64,000 bases of DNA, taken from positions 2,656,001 through 2,720,000 of the forward strand of contig OZ241907.1 in NCBI GenBank assembly GCA_965203515.1, read 5' to 3'. This DNA comes from Spirochaetia bacterium (GTDB lineage: Bacteria; Spirochaetota; Spirochaetia; SZUA-6; Bin103). The position numbers and the translations under genes are program-made. A model generated the notes under the pieces. It saw nothing but the letters and a program-made list of their open reading frames with translations. It made no database searches and was not told the DNA's origin. Positions 50,830 to 60,550 of this stretch are shown piece after piece. Position 1 is the first letter of the stretch, and each line of letters begins with the position of its first letter.

Positions 50830-51462
50830 TCAAGAACTCCCGCGCGTCTTTTTCAAGAACTTGCACACGTCTGTTGAGAATCGCTTGTACCTCGTCGGGA
50901 CATGCGTCATACAAGTTTGTATCTTGGGGTGAGCGGCCAGATCAGATTCCACATTGGTATACTTCCTCACTGTGGCGAACGCTATTACTATGGCCTTCGG
51001 CTGATACTTCCAGATGAACCACTCCATGATCTCGCCGGATATCTCCCTGTCCTTATCGACAATATTGAATCGCTTGCATGGCTCCCACTGCGAGTACCCT
51101 GGCTTACCTTTCGTCCACGGACGGAACACGTAGTTGAAGAACGCAATCTCCTCAAACGAAAGTCCGTGTCGTTTCAAGACCTTGCCGATATTCCGGTAAG
51201 TAGCGATCTTATGCCGATTTCTCACGCACCAATCAGTGTCCATGTATAAATGGGCTTCGTGTTTGTACGGAACATCCTGCTGTCGCGCTTCGTACCATTT
51301 CGACGGGCAGTAATTTAAGGGAGTGACATCCTCCGGCGGCAGGTAATGGCTCTCTGCCACGATCGCCAGACGCCTCTCGCTACATTTGTAATTTGGGCCG
51401 ATCCACGGGTACATGCAGGGGAATCTGCACAGGTGATCCGGCTTCTTCATGTCTTCGTTCAT
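50830..51462 (-). CDS. hypothetical protein, possible uracil-DNA glycosylase-like fold (paralog 2)
   Basis: YPWIGPNY...LAIVAESHY, FFNYV; low GC. Confidence 0.6.
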   Translation of the reverse strand: MNEDMKKPDHLCRFPCMYPWIGPNYKCSERRLAIVAESHYLPPEDVTPLNYCPSKWYEARQQDVPYKHEAHLYMDTDWCVRNRHKIATYRNIGKVLKRHGLSFEEIAFFNYVFRPWTKGKPGYSQWEPCKRFNIVDKDREISGEIMEWFIWKYQPKAIVIAFATVRKYTNVESDLAAHPKIQTCMTHVPTRYKRFSTDVCKFLKKTRGSS

Positions 51463-51497
51463 GTCTTGTGTGATTCCTTGCCTCCTTCTTGGAAGTG

Positions 51498-51576
51498 AAA
51501 AAGTCCGCCGGGGCGTTGGCGGTGGCGGGCTTGTCTTGGGCGATGCGGGGTAGCGTGAGCTACTCCGCTTTCGGGG
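51498..51576 (-). repeat. repeat T, copy 5
   Basis: Same double hairpin/terminator, preceded by the STVTITPP* remnant. Confidence 0.8.
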
Positions 51577-51863
51577 TTACGGAGGGGTGATCGTGACCGT
51601 ACTCCGGGGCGGCCCCTTGATGAATCACTTGACCTTCACCGCTCGGTGACGTTCGGTCGCCATCCGCTCTCTGAGCGCGATCTTCAAGCCGGCCTTCGCT
51701 GCTTCGCTGTTCTCTCCCAGGCTCTTGCGGCGAAGCGGGAGACGGCGCGGGGGCGCACCGATGACCGGCGCTGTGCCTTGGGTTCTCCGTTGTCGGCGCT
51801 GACCGTCTTTCGACGCGCGGTCTCCGGCCGGTCCAGGCGTCAAGATGCAGGGCTTCACTTTAG

Positions 51864-53195
51864 GGGTCTTCAGGCTTTCGTGTGGACGAGGTGGTCACGG
51901 CCGACACCGGCGGGGTAGAGATCAAGGCCGCCGAGGTGAAAGTAGATCGCGTTGCGGAACCTCTGCCGGTTGCGAAAGCCGCGCGCTGCGTACTTCAACC
52001 TCTGCACCCCCGCGTTGATCGACTCCGCCCGCGCGTTGCTCACCCCCTGCACCACCGCCGTCACGATCCCTTCCAGATGACGCTTGACCATCCGCGCTAC
52101 CCGCTTGACCGGCTCCAGACGACACCGGATCGCCGACCGGTACCACGCCTGCCACGCCTTGCGCGCCCACCCGCGAGAGCGGTACTTCCACAGCGTCATC
52201 GCATGTTCCTTGTAGCCCCAGGCGCGCGCGGTCTGCAGCGCGCTGTCCCGCAAGTCAGCGAACTGCCGCCAACGCTCGGCATCCATGTGCTCGGGGTTGG
52301 TCAGCCACGCATAGCGGCTGCCCTTCAGCCGATCATCACCGCTGCCGGCCAGCCGGCGGCTCTCGGCTCGCCGTACCTGGTCAACGGCGTTGCCGAGGTG
52401 CCGGGCGACGTGGAACTTGTCGAACGCGATCTTGAGCTCCGCGTCCGGCACGTAGGCGGCGGTCGCGATGATGTACGGCTCCCACATGTCCATGGCGACC
52501 GTCTCGACGCCAGCCAACTGCTCAGGATCAAACTGCTGGTAGAACTCCTCCAACACCTCCTTGCGGCGGCCATCGGCCACGTGCACGACGTGCCCGTCCA
52601 GATCGTTGATCACCGTCACGTACTCATGGCGCTTCTGAAACGACGTCTCGTCCACCCCGATCCGCGGCGGCAGCTGCACCTCGCGCCGCTGTAAGCCGCG
52701 GTGCACCGCGCGCTGCATCACTCCGTCGACCTCGTCCCAGCTGAGCCGCATCTGCTGCGCCACCGCCGCAATCGTGGCGTGCTGCAGCCAGTCGATCACG
52801 ACCGCCTCGCACAGCGCGGTCAGCCGCGAGCGGCCTTCGCTCCACGGCACCTCAATCTGCTTGACGCCGTGCTGCCGGCACTGAGACCGCGGTACGTCGG
52901 CAGCCAGAACCGTGCGGTACTGGCAGGTGTCCGGATGGCGCCACCGCCGTTGACGGCTGTCGTAGCGGCGCGCGGCTTGGCCGCAGTGCGGGCAGGTGAG
53001 CGGCCCGCCGTGCTCGACGTGGACCACGATCTCGCCCTGCTGAAGGTTCAGTTCGACGTCGGCCACTCGCCACGGTGCCTCGACGCCCAGAATCCTGCCG
53101 TACAGTTCCTTGTCACGCATGGCGCCAGCGTAGCCTTGCTGGCGGTGCCACCGCCACCGTCAGGGCGCCCTACCCACACGAAACCCGGAAGCCCC
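51864..53195 (-). mobile_element. complete ISL3-family insertion sequence
   Basis: 22-bp imperfect IRs GGGTCTTCAGGCTTTCGTGTGG / GGGGCTTCCGGGTTTCGTGTGG (19/22); no target duplication seen. Confidence 0.88.
51870..53120 (-). CDS. ISL3 family transposase
   Basis: CPHC zinc ribbon, RRWRH, GVDETSF, AMDMW, DKFHV, SNARAESIN, ARGFRN. Confidence 0.95.
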   Translation of the reverse strand: MRDKELYGRILGVEAPWRVADVELNLQQGEIVVHVEHGGPLTCPHCGQAARRYDSRQRRWRHPDTCQYRTVLAADVPRSQCRQHGVKQIEVPWSEGRSRLTALCEAVVIDWLQHATIAAVAQQMRLSWDEVDGVMQRAVHRGLQRREVQLPPRIGVDETSFQKRHEYVTVINDLDGHVVHVADGRRKEVLEEFYQQFDPEQLAGVETVAMDMWEPYIIATAAYVPDAELKIAFDKFHVARHLGNAVDQVRRAESRRLAGSGDDRLKGSRYAWLTNPEHMDAERWRQFADLRDSALQTARAWGYKEHAMTLWKYRSRGWARKAWQAWYRSAIRCRLEPVKRVARMVKRHLEGIVTAVVQGVSNARAESINAGVQRLKYAARGFRNRQRFRNAIYFHLGGLDLYPAGVGRDHLVHTKA

Positions 53196-53343
53196 AATTT
53201 TCGTTGCGTAGTACCTCTTCACAGTCAGGCCATTTACCGCGTTTGCCCGGACCATGGAGGATGACATTTCTTTCCAGACACAATTTTGCATGGTTTTTCC
53301 CTTCGTTATCGCCGGCCGCTTGCTGCCAAATCGGCTTGTTCAA
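53196..53343 (-). pseudogene. 5' end of a low-GC cargo gene truncated at ISL3
   Basis: AAGGAG RBS + TTG; MNKPIWQQAAGDNEGKNHAKLCLERNVILHGPGKRGKWPDC... runs into the IS IR. Confidence 0.5.
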
Positions 53344-53376
53344 TGGCTTGTGCTCCTTGGGCTTTCGTGGGGCGTG

Positions 53377-53457
53377 AAAAAGCCCGCCGGACCGTTGCGG
53401 GCCGGCGGGCTTGTCTTTGGGCGATGCGGGGTAGCGTGAGCTACGCCGCCTTCGGGG
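53377..53457 (-). terminator. repeat T, copy 6 = 3' UTR hairpin + intrinsic terminator of the lipoprotein gene
   Basis: Immediately follows TAA; AAGCCCGCCGG...CCGGCGGGCTTTTT. Confidence 0.85.
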
Positions 53458-54894
53458 TTACGGGGTGACGTTGAGCGTTACGGTCCCCTGGATATACTGG
53501 TCAAAGACGCCTGCGGCGGCGGTGTCGGGTGCCCCATCTCCGTCACGGTCGATAGATCCCTGGGAACCGGTACTACCCAGATAGCTTAATGCGAGGGTCC
53601 TGAGGCTTCCTGCGGGGCCTTGTTGCGGCAAGCCGACCTCATCACTCTCTATGAGGTAGGTGATGGTGACCTTGCCTGGATTGTTAGGCGTCGCCGACAA
53701 GTTACCGCTATCGATTGTCACAGCGGCAAGCTGGCTCGGTTCCGCCGAGACGTCGGCGACCGGGACATCGAGGCCCGCCCCGCTCGCCTTTTCAGGATCC
53801 TTGTAGAAGCTGTCCAGATCACGGATCAGGATCTGCGCGGTACCGGTTGCCTTCTTGGAGTGAACCGGGGGCGGCGGCGTCGCTGCCACCTGGGGGGCGC
53901 CATCGACGTAAACCCGTATCGTGTTGGTCCGCTTCAATCCACCTGGGTCCATAGCGGTGAGCTCGACAACGACCGGCGTGTGGGCGTCAGGATTCAGGGA
54001 TGAATCCCAGGTGGACTTCAGCCCCGTGATCTTGAGACCATTTGTGGCTAAACCGTTCGCGCCTGCGGTGAGCTCAACCTGAATGTGCTCGGCGGCCTTC
54101 TTCGGGTCATTGTCGCCACCGCGGGTCATCTTGGTGATCTCTATGACGTGATCTCGAAGGTCCTCATCCTTATTGTCGCTGGTGTCCGTTCCGTCGTCAT
54201 TGAATAATCCGACGGCAGTTGCCGGGGCGGCGGCACCCGGGCTCCAGGACTTGAGATCCAGGATGTGTACCACGTTCCTGGCCTTCTTCGCGGTGGCGCC
54301 GGTACCGTACGTCTCCGACTGCGTCCCCACTACGACATTTCTCTGAGGGTCAGTTTCACCTCGAAAGGCAGCAGGCTTCCGGTTGGCCCGGATCGCTACC
54401 AGCTTGGTAACGGTCGCCCCGTTGGCGTCGGTAGCCCTGACGGCCAGCGTGGTGCCCGTGGTGTAGGAGCCGGGGTCTACGAGGTTACCGGCAGCCCCCG
54501 TCCGCTTGCCGACGACGATCGCGTTGTCCTTGATCGACGCCGTGAACGGGCCGCCGGCCGCTGCCGTGGAGATGGCGTACGTGATCGGCGCCACGCCGCC
54601 GATGAAGAGTTCCGTGACGTCCGCGGAGGTGGCCGGCTTCGTCACGTCACCGACCGCGGGAGCGGCATCGGTGCCGCCGTTGTTGATCAAGATGGCGTAG
54701 CGCTCACTCGCGTCACCCACGACCTGGAGTGCGGCCGTTCCCGGCGCACCCGGCGCGCCCGCGGCACCCGTATCACCCTTGTCACCCTTGGCGCCGGGAG
54801 TGCCGGCGGGGCCGGCTTGGCAGGCGACAAGCGCCACAAGGCCGAAAACCATCAGCAGAGATGCGGCTCCCTTAGCCGCACGAGCGATGTTCAT
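53458..54894 (-). CDS. surface lipoprotein with a short collagen-like (G-X-Y) segment and beta-rich domains
   Basis: GGAAGGAG RBS; signal peptide ending LVAC; GPAGTPGAKGDKGDTGAAGAPGAPG. Confidence 0.75.
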   Translation of the reverse strand: MNIARAAKGAASLLMVFGLVALVACQAGPAGTPGAKGDKGDTGAAGAPGAPGTAALQVVGDASERYAILINNGGTDAAPAVGDVTKPATSADVTELFIGGVAPITYAISTAAAGGPFTASIKDNAIVVGKRTGAAGNLVDPGSYTTGTTLAVRATDANGATVTKLVAIRANRKPAAFRGETDPQRNVVVGTQSETYGTGATAKKARNVVHILDLKSWSPGAAAPATAVGLFNDDGTDTSDNKDEDLRDHVIEITKMTRGGDNDPKKAAEHIQVELTAGANGLATNGLKITGLKSTWDSSLNPDAHTPVVVELTAMDPGGLKRTNTIRVYVDGAPQVAATPPPPVHSKKATGTAQILIRDLDSFYKDPEKASGAGLDVPVADVSAEPSQLAAVTIDSGNLSATPNNPGKVTITYLIESDEVGLPQQGPAGSLRTLALSYLGSTGSQGSIDRDGDGAPDTAAAGVFDQYIQGTVTLNVTP

Positions 54895-55136
54895 GTTCTG
54901 TTCTCCTTCCTTTGTAGAACGATTGTTACGGCGCAGGAACCCCGCGCCCCTCGGGTCTGAAGCGACGCTACGACGTGTCGCGGCATTCACGATTGAGCAC
55001 GGACCCCTTTACCTCCTGCCGGCGAGCCTTGTGGGCGCCGGTCTGATTTGCGAAATCGCGGGCCGCCGGGCGCTGCAACGCAGTGCCCGAACACCTCGGT
55101 TTCCACCTGCGGGACGGCCGCATCTCACAGAGGGCG

Positions 55137-55165
55137 ACCATAGCATGACCAGTCAAGGGTGTCAA
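55137..55165 (-). promoter_or_regulatory. sigma70 promoter of the lipoprotein gene
   Basis: TTGACA-17 nt-TATGGT with extended -10 TG. Confidence 0.65.
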
Positions 55166-55768
55166 CACCCGCGCGGGGCCGGCGGCAACGGGCCGCGGCG
55201 GCTCGAAGGCGGGGGGCTCGAAACCGGCGTCCGGACGCAACCCGCAGGCAGGCAGACGGCGCGCCGCCGCCCGGCTGCCGATTCCTCCGGTCTTCTGCGT
55301 CTTCATTCCGAACCGTTCGGTCCCTCCCAGCGATCGGGGCCGTCCGGCCCCCTCGCACAGTGTATCGACAGTATACGACGCACTCTTGAGCGGGCCAAGC
55401 TCAATCGGCCCTCAGTTCGCGGATCGGTCGATCCCACGCCGCATTCCCCATTCCCAGTGCGCGCAGCATCACCCGTGGAGCGGGGCGTGTCAAGCGCCCG
55501 CCGGGGCGGGGTCGGACGGCGCGCTGCGGCCGGCGCTCTCGGCCCGCGGCGGCAGGGCCTCCGGCTCCGGCGCGCGCGCGTGCGCGGCTCGACGGGGCGG
55601 CGCCGGCCCGGGGGCGGGCGCTGCCGGCCGGCGAGGGGGGGCGGCTCGCCGAAGCGCATGCCTCGCGCGCGGCCGTTCACGGTCGGGCTCGGCACGGGCT
55701 CGGCAGGCCGCGCGCGGGGGCGCGGGGCAGGCTCGGCTCGGGCGGCGGGGCGGACTCGCCCGGCCGGG

Positions 55769-56815
55769 TTATTGGCGGGGCTCGGCCTGCTCCGCGCCGT
55801 TGGCGGAGTCGCGCTTGAGGGCGCGCCAGGTCTGCTCGTCGATGCCGGTCGCGGATTGGATCACCGGCCACCCGATCCCGGCTCGCAGGAGCCCGTCGAT
55901 GGTTTCCATCCGGCCTTCCTGACGGCCCTTCAGCTCGCCTTCCTGTCGGCCCTTCAATCGGCCCTCCTGTCGGCCCTTCAGCTCGCCTTCCTGTCGGCCC
56001 TTCAGCTCGCCTTCCTGGCGGCCCTTCAATCGGCCCTCCTGGACGCCTCGTTCCAGGATTTCGGCTTCCCAGCGATCGATCTTCTCCAACAACATCGCGC
56101 TTGCCTCCTCGTAGTCGCGAATCGACGGCAGCTCCACGCCCCACTTCCGCCCCAGGGCGCTCAGCCACAGGTCAAAGCTCCTCGTCAGCTCCGGCTCGTC
56201 CTCCGCAGCCAGCCACTGCCCCAACTCCCGCACACGCTCCGCCAGCACCCCGGCGCGCCGGCTGCGCTCCACCTCCGCCATCCAGGCTATCAGGTTCGGC
56301 CTCGGCAGATCATCCGCTTCCATCCCAACCAGATCGACCACCTCATAGCTCAGCGCAAGCTCCGGCGGTCCGTCGTACTCACACCTCGGCGTCAACTCCG
56401 TCAGCGACCGCGCCGCGTCCCACCGGGCGTCGCCGTTGTACAGCACCACGCGCAGCACCGGTTCGACCGTGTCGCCCTTGCGCCACCGGTGGTCGCGGTA
56501 CCGCCGCCGGTACAGCAGGTTGGTGTAGTTGAGGAACCGCAGCGGCATCGCGTAGTCGACCGACGACTGATGCTCGATCAGCACGTGCACGGTCTCCACG
56601 CTGCCGTCAGCAGCGCGGCGGTCGATGGACCAGACGACGTCGTCGAAGCTCCGGCTCAGGTCGTCGCCGACGTTCTCCGTCGGGCCTTCGCGCAGGGACT
56701 CGAAGTCGAGCGCGTCAGCCCAACCGGCCGGGCGCCGGGGCGCGATGAACCCGACCAGCAGGTCCTCGACGATGCGCCGGTGGGTGAGCAGGCGCTTGTA
56801 TGAAGCGTCGTTCAT
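55769..56815 (-). CDS. Rpn family (YhgA-like) PD-(D/E)XK nuclease
   Basis: MNDASYKRLL, DVVW, LIEHQSSVDYAMPLRF, VVLYNG, (E/R)LKGRQEG repeats; GGAGG RBS. Confidence 0.9.
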   Translation of the reverse strand: MNDASYKRLLTHRRIVEDLLVGFIAPRRPAGWADALDFESLREGPTENVGDDLSRSFDDVVWSIDRRAADGSVETVHVLIEHQSSVDYAMPLRFLNYTNLLYRRRYRDHRWRKGDTVEPVLRVVLYNGDARWDAARSLTELTPRCEYDGPPELALSYEVVDLVGMEADDLPRPNLIAWMAEVERSRRAGVLAERVRELGQWLAAEDEPELTRSFDLWLSALGRKWGVELPSIRDYEEASAMLLEKIDRWEAEILERGVQEGRLKGRQEGELKGRQEGELKGRQEGRLKGRQEGELKGRQEGRMETIDGLLRAGIGWPVIQSATGIDEQTWRALKRDSANGAEQAEPRQ

Positions 56816-56917
56816 GGGGGCCTCCGTCGATGGCGGCGCCGTGGCGCAGCGGTCTGCCATCTGCCCCTTACAACGACGCCGCGTCAGCGGCGCTTCACGG
56901 CGGACTCGCCGGCCGGG

Positions 56918-57406
56918 TTATTGGCGGGGCGGGGCCTGCTCCGCGCCGTTGGCGGAGTCGCGCTTGAGGGCGCGCCAGGTCTGCTCGTCGATGCCGGTCG
57001 CGGATTGGATCACCGGCCACCCGATCCCGGCTCGCAGGAGCCCGTCGATGGTTTCCATCCGGCCTTCCTGACGGCCCTTCAGCTCGCCTTCCTGTCGGCC
57101 CTTCAGCTCGCCTTCCTGGCGGCCCTTCAGCTCGCCCTCCTGTCGGCCCTTCAATCGGCCCTCCTGGACGCCTCGTTCCAGGATTTCGGCTTCCCAGCGA
57201 TCGATCTTCTCCAACAACATCGCGCTTGCCTCCTCGTAGTCGCGAATCGACGGCAGCTCCACGCCCCACTTCCGCCCCAGGGCGCTCAGCCACAGGTCGA
57301 AGCTCTTCGTCAGCTCCGGCTCGTCCTCCGCAGCCAGCCACTGCCCCAACTCCCGCACACGCTCCGCCAGCACCCCGGCGCGCCGGCTGCGCTCCACGTC
57401 CGCCAC
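56918..57406 (-). pseudogene. Rpn C-terminal half only (retains a putative small RpnS ORF 56918-57220)
   Basis: Near-identical to the 3' part of both full Rpn genes; nuclease domain missing. Confidence 0.8.
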
Positions 57407-57448
57407 CCAGAGCCGGCAACGGGCTCCCGCCGCGGCCCCGCCAATAGG

Positions 57449-58195
57449 TCATCCGCGCCGCGTCGGTCTACCCCCACCGCCGGCGCTCCCGGCTCGCCGC
57501 AGCAGCGCCTCCAGCTCCGCCACGCGCGCTTGCGCCGCTCGACGGGCCGCCGCCTCGCGCTGCCGTTCGTCGTCGGTCTCCGCAAGGTTCGGCAGGTCGC
57601 GCCCGGCGCGCGGATCATGGAACCGCAGCCCCCGCTCGCTCAGCCTCAACTCCAGCCCCAGCACCGCGCTGGTCAGCGCCAGCTCGCCGCCGCTCCGCTC
57701 CCGCGCCGGCAGCCGTTCGTACTTCCCTTCGATCAACTCCAGCCCTTGCAGCGGCGGGGTCAGCCAGTCGTTCGTCGGGTCGTACTGCCAGTACTCTCGC
57801 ACGCCCAGTCGCCGGTACAGGTCACGCTTGACCGTCTGATCTTCCCGCCGTGTGCTCCGCGAGGTGATCTCCAACACGAAGTCCGGCCCCCTCGGTTCCT
57901 CCCACAACCGGTACGTCTCCCGGTCCCGGCCGTCCGCTCCCATCACCACGAAGACGTCCGGAGCGACCACCGCCTTCGGGTTGCCCTCCTCGTAGTAGAT
58001 GAACAGGTTCCCCGACACGTAGACGTCCGGCCGGCCGCGGAAGTGGAGCCGCAGCCGGTCCACGGCGTAGCTCAGCGGCGTACGCTGATGATCGGTTTCC
58101 GCCATCGGCTTGCCGTCCGTGCTCGGGTACTCAACCGCGACCGGCGAGAGGACTGATCTCGCCGGCAGGCGTGCGCTCGACGGCCATACAGCCAT
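57449..58195 (-). CDS. Uma2 family endonuclease (more divergent paralog)
   Basis: EYPSTDGKPMAET, VAPDVFV, PDFVLEITS, EYWQYDP; start uncertain. Confidence 0.88.
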   Translation of the reverse strand: MAVWPSSARLPARSVLSPVAVEYPSTDGKPMAETDHQRTPLSYAVDRLRLHFRGRPDVYVSGNLFIYYEEGNPKAVVAPDVFVVMGADGRDRETYRLWEEPRGPDFVLEITSRSTRREDQTVKRDLYRRLGVREYWQYDPTNDWLTPPLQGLELIEGKYERLPARERSGGELALTSAVLGLELRLSERGLRFHDPRAGRDLPNLAETDDERQREAAARRAAQARVAELEALLRRAGSAGGGGRPTRRG

Positions 58196-58671
58196 GAGCG
58201 AACCATACCGTTGAGCGCCCCCATGGGCAAACTCCGCCGGGAGCAGGCAGATGGCAGTACCACGAGCGGTAGCAGCGCCCCTCCGATACTTCGTGCATCG
58301 CTTCCTCACATATGGCTGGCGACAAGAGGGTCTCACCTCGGCCGCCAAGCCGGATTCATATCTCAGGGACGGCAAACGGGGCTCCGCCGCGGCCTCGAGC
58401 CAAATATGGAGAACGAACCGGGACGATGGCGCGCCTTTGCGGATACGCCACCAACCCGTTGCGGACAGGCCCCACTGGCCACCCGCTGTTCTTCAAAACA
58501 CAGAGGACCTTTCGGCCCGTAGACGAACAGTGGGGTCGTCTACGTGAACGGCTCTTCCCACAACCGGTCGTCCGGCCGGTGCGGGTCGCGAGCGCCGTAG
58601 TCGCCGTGGGCCATCCTCCGCGCCGCGTCGGTCTACCGCCGCACGGTGGTGGACGCGCCCGGCCGGCGGGA

Positions 58672-59700
58672 TCAGGGCGGGGCCTGTTCCGTGCCGTTGG
58701 CGGAGTCGCGCTTGAGGGCGCGCCAGGTCTGCTCGTCGATGCCGGTGGCGGATTGGATCACCGGCCACCCGATCCCGGCTCGCAGGAGCCCGTCGATGGT
58801 TTCCATCCGGCCTTCCTGACGGCCCTTCAGCTCGCCCTCCTGTCGGCCTTCCTGACGGCCCTTCAGCTCGCCTTCCTGTCGGCCCTTCAGCTCGCCCTCC
58901 TGTCGGCCCTTCAATCGGCCCTCCTGGACGCCTCGTTCCAGGATTTCGGCTTCCCAGCGATCGATCTTCTCCAACAACATCGCGCTTGCCTCCTCGTAGT
59001 CGCGAATCGACGGCAGCTCCACGCCCCACTTCCGCCCCAGGGCGCTCAGCCACAGGTCAAAGCTCCTCGTCAGCTCCGGCTCGTCCTCCGCAGCCAGCCA
59101 CTGCCCCAACTCCCGCACCCGCTCCGCCAGCACACCGGCGCGCCGGCTGCGCTCCACCTCCGCCATCCAGGCTATCAGGTTCGGCCTCGGCAGATCATCC
59201 GCTTCCATCCCAACCAGATCGACCACCTCATAGCTCAGCGCAAGCTCCGGCGGTCCGTCGTACTCACACCTCGGCGTCAACTCCGTCAGCGACCGCGCCG
59301 CGTCCCACCGGGCGTCGCCGTTGTACAGCACCACGCGCAGCACCGGTTCGACCGTGTCGCCCTTGCGCCACCGGTGGTCGCGGTACCGCCGCCGGTACAA
59401 CAGGTTGGTGTAGTTGAGGAACCGCAGCGGCATCGCGTAGTCGACCGACGACTGATGCTCGATCAGCACGTGCACGGTCTCCACGCTGCCGTCAGCAGCG
59501 CGGCGGTCGATGGACCAGACGACGTCGTCGAAGCTCCGGCTCAGGTCGTCGCCGACGTTCTCCGTCGGGCCTTCGCGCAGGGACTCGAAGTCGAGCGCGT
59601 CAGCCCAACCGGCCGGGCGCCGGGGCGCGATGAAGCCGACCAGCAGGTCCTCGACGATGCGCCGGTGGGTGAGCAGGCGCTTGTACGAAGCGTCGTTCAT
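58672..59700 (-). CDS. Rpn family nuclease, near-identical to 55769-56815
   Basis: Same sequence except repeat number and tail. Confidence 0.9.
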   Translation of the reverse strand: MNDASYKRLLTHRRIVEDLLVGFIAPRRPAGWADALDFESLREGPTENVGDDLSRSFDDVVWSIDRRAADGSVETVHVLIEHQSSVDYAMPLRFLNYTNLLYRRRYRDHRWRKGDTVEPVLRVVLYNGDARWDAARSLTELTPRCEYDGPPELALSYEVVDLVGMEADDLPRPNLIAWMAEVERSRRAGVLAERVRELGQWLAAEDEPELTRSFDLWLSALGRKWGVELPSIRDYEEASAMLLEKIDRWEAEILERGVQEGRLKGRQEGELKGRQEGELKGRQEGRQEGELKGRQEGRMETIDGLLRAGIGWPVIQSATGIDEQTWRALKRDSANGTEQAPP

Positions 59701-59806
59701 GGGGCCTCCGTCGATGGCGGCGCCGTGGCGCAACGGTCTGCCATCTCTGCCCCTTACAACGACGCCGCGTCAGCGGCGCTTCACGGCGGACGCGCCCGCC
59801 GGGGCT

Positions 59807-59889
59807 TATTGGCGGGGCGCGGCCTGCTCCGTGCCGTTGGCGGAGTCGCGCTTGAGGGCGCGGCAGGTCTGCTCGTCGATGCCGGTGGC
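59807..59889 (-). pseudogene. Rpn extreme 3' remnant
   Basis: Reads ATGIDEQTCRALKRDSANGTEQAAPRQ*. Confidence 0.75.
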
Positions 59890-59963
59890 TCCGTGCCGCG
59901 TCCGGTCTACCGCCGCACCGCGCGATCAATCGCGGGGCCGGGGGCGCCGATAAGGATAGCACT

Positions 59964-60479
59964 ATGCCGATTGCAGGATTGAACGCCGGATTGAATGCCG
60001 AGATGCTCGTGATCGTCGCGCTCGTCGCGCTGGCCGGGCTGACGGCTCTGGTGCTGCTCCAGGGCCTCGGCCTGCGCCGCCGCTTCGATGAGATGGTCGA
60101 TGAAGATACCGCCGCGCACGCGACGCTGCGCACCGCCGCGGACCGGGTGGCTCGCATCGAGGCGGAGACGATCTCCGCCGATCAGGAGGAGCTGCGCGTG
60201 GCGGTCGCGCCCGCGCTGAGCGAACGCCTGGGCGAGCTGGCCCGGCGCAACGGCGTCTCGGTCGCCGCCATGGCGCGGACCATGCTGGACCGGGGGGCGG
60301 CGGCCGTCGAAGCCGAGATGCGCCGGCCCGGCGAGCCCGCCGCCCACCGGGCGATGCCGCCGCACGCGGCGATGCGGCCGTTCGAGGAGCAGGCGGCCGC
60401 CGGCGCCGCGCCGGCGATGTCCGGCGAGGACGCGCCGGCCTACCGCTCGAACGGGAGCGCGCGGGCGCCGCTCGCCTGA
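59964..60479 (+). CDS. hypothetical protein with N-terminal TM helix
   Basis: AAGGA RBS, TM segment, genome-like codon usage. Confidence 0.55.
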   Translation: MPIAGLNAGLNAEMLVIVALVALAGLTALVLLQGLGLRRRFDEMVDEDTAAHATLRTAADRVARIEAETISADQEELRVAVAPALSERLGELARRNGVSVAAMARTMLDRGAAAVEAEMRRPGEPAAHRAMPPHAAMRPFEEQAAAGAAPAMSGEDAPAYRSNGSARAPLA

Positions 60480-60550
60480 AACCCTGACCGGTTCCGCCGG
60501 GCCGGGCGTGGATGTTTGGGCGCGGCGGTAATCCTGGTACGCTCACCGCC

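Noticed and set aside
54895..55135. c-di-GMP or other known riboswitch in the lipoprotein leader
   Set aside because: Only isolated GGAAAC/CGCAAA words; the consensus architecture could not be matched by eye
55480..55765. Extremely GC-rich stretch with GGCTCG words as a functional repeat
   Set aside because: Low complexity with no consistent unit or convincing ORF
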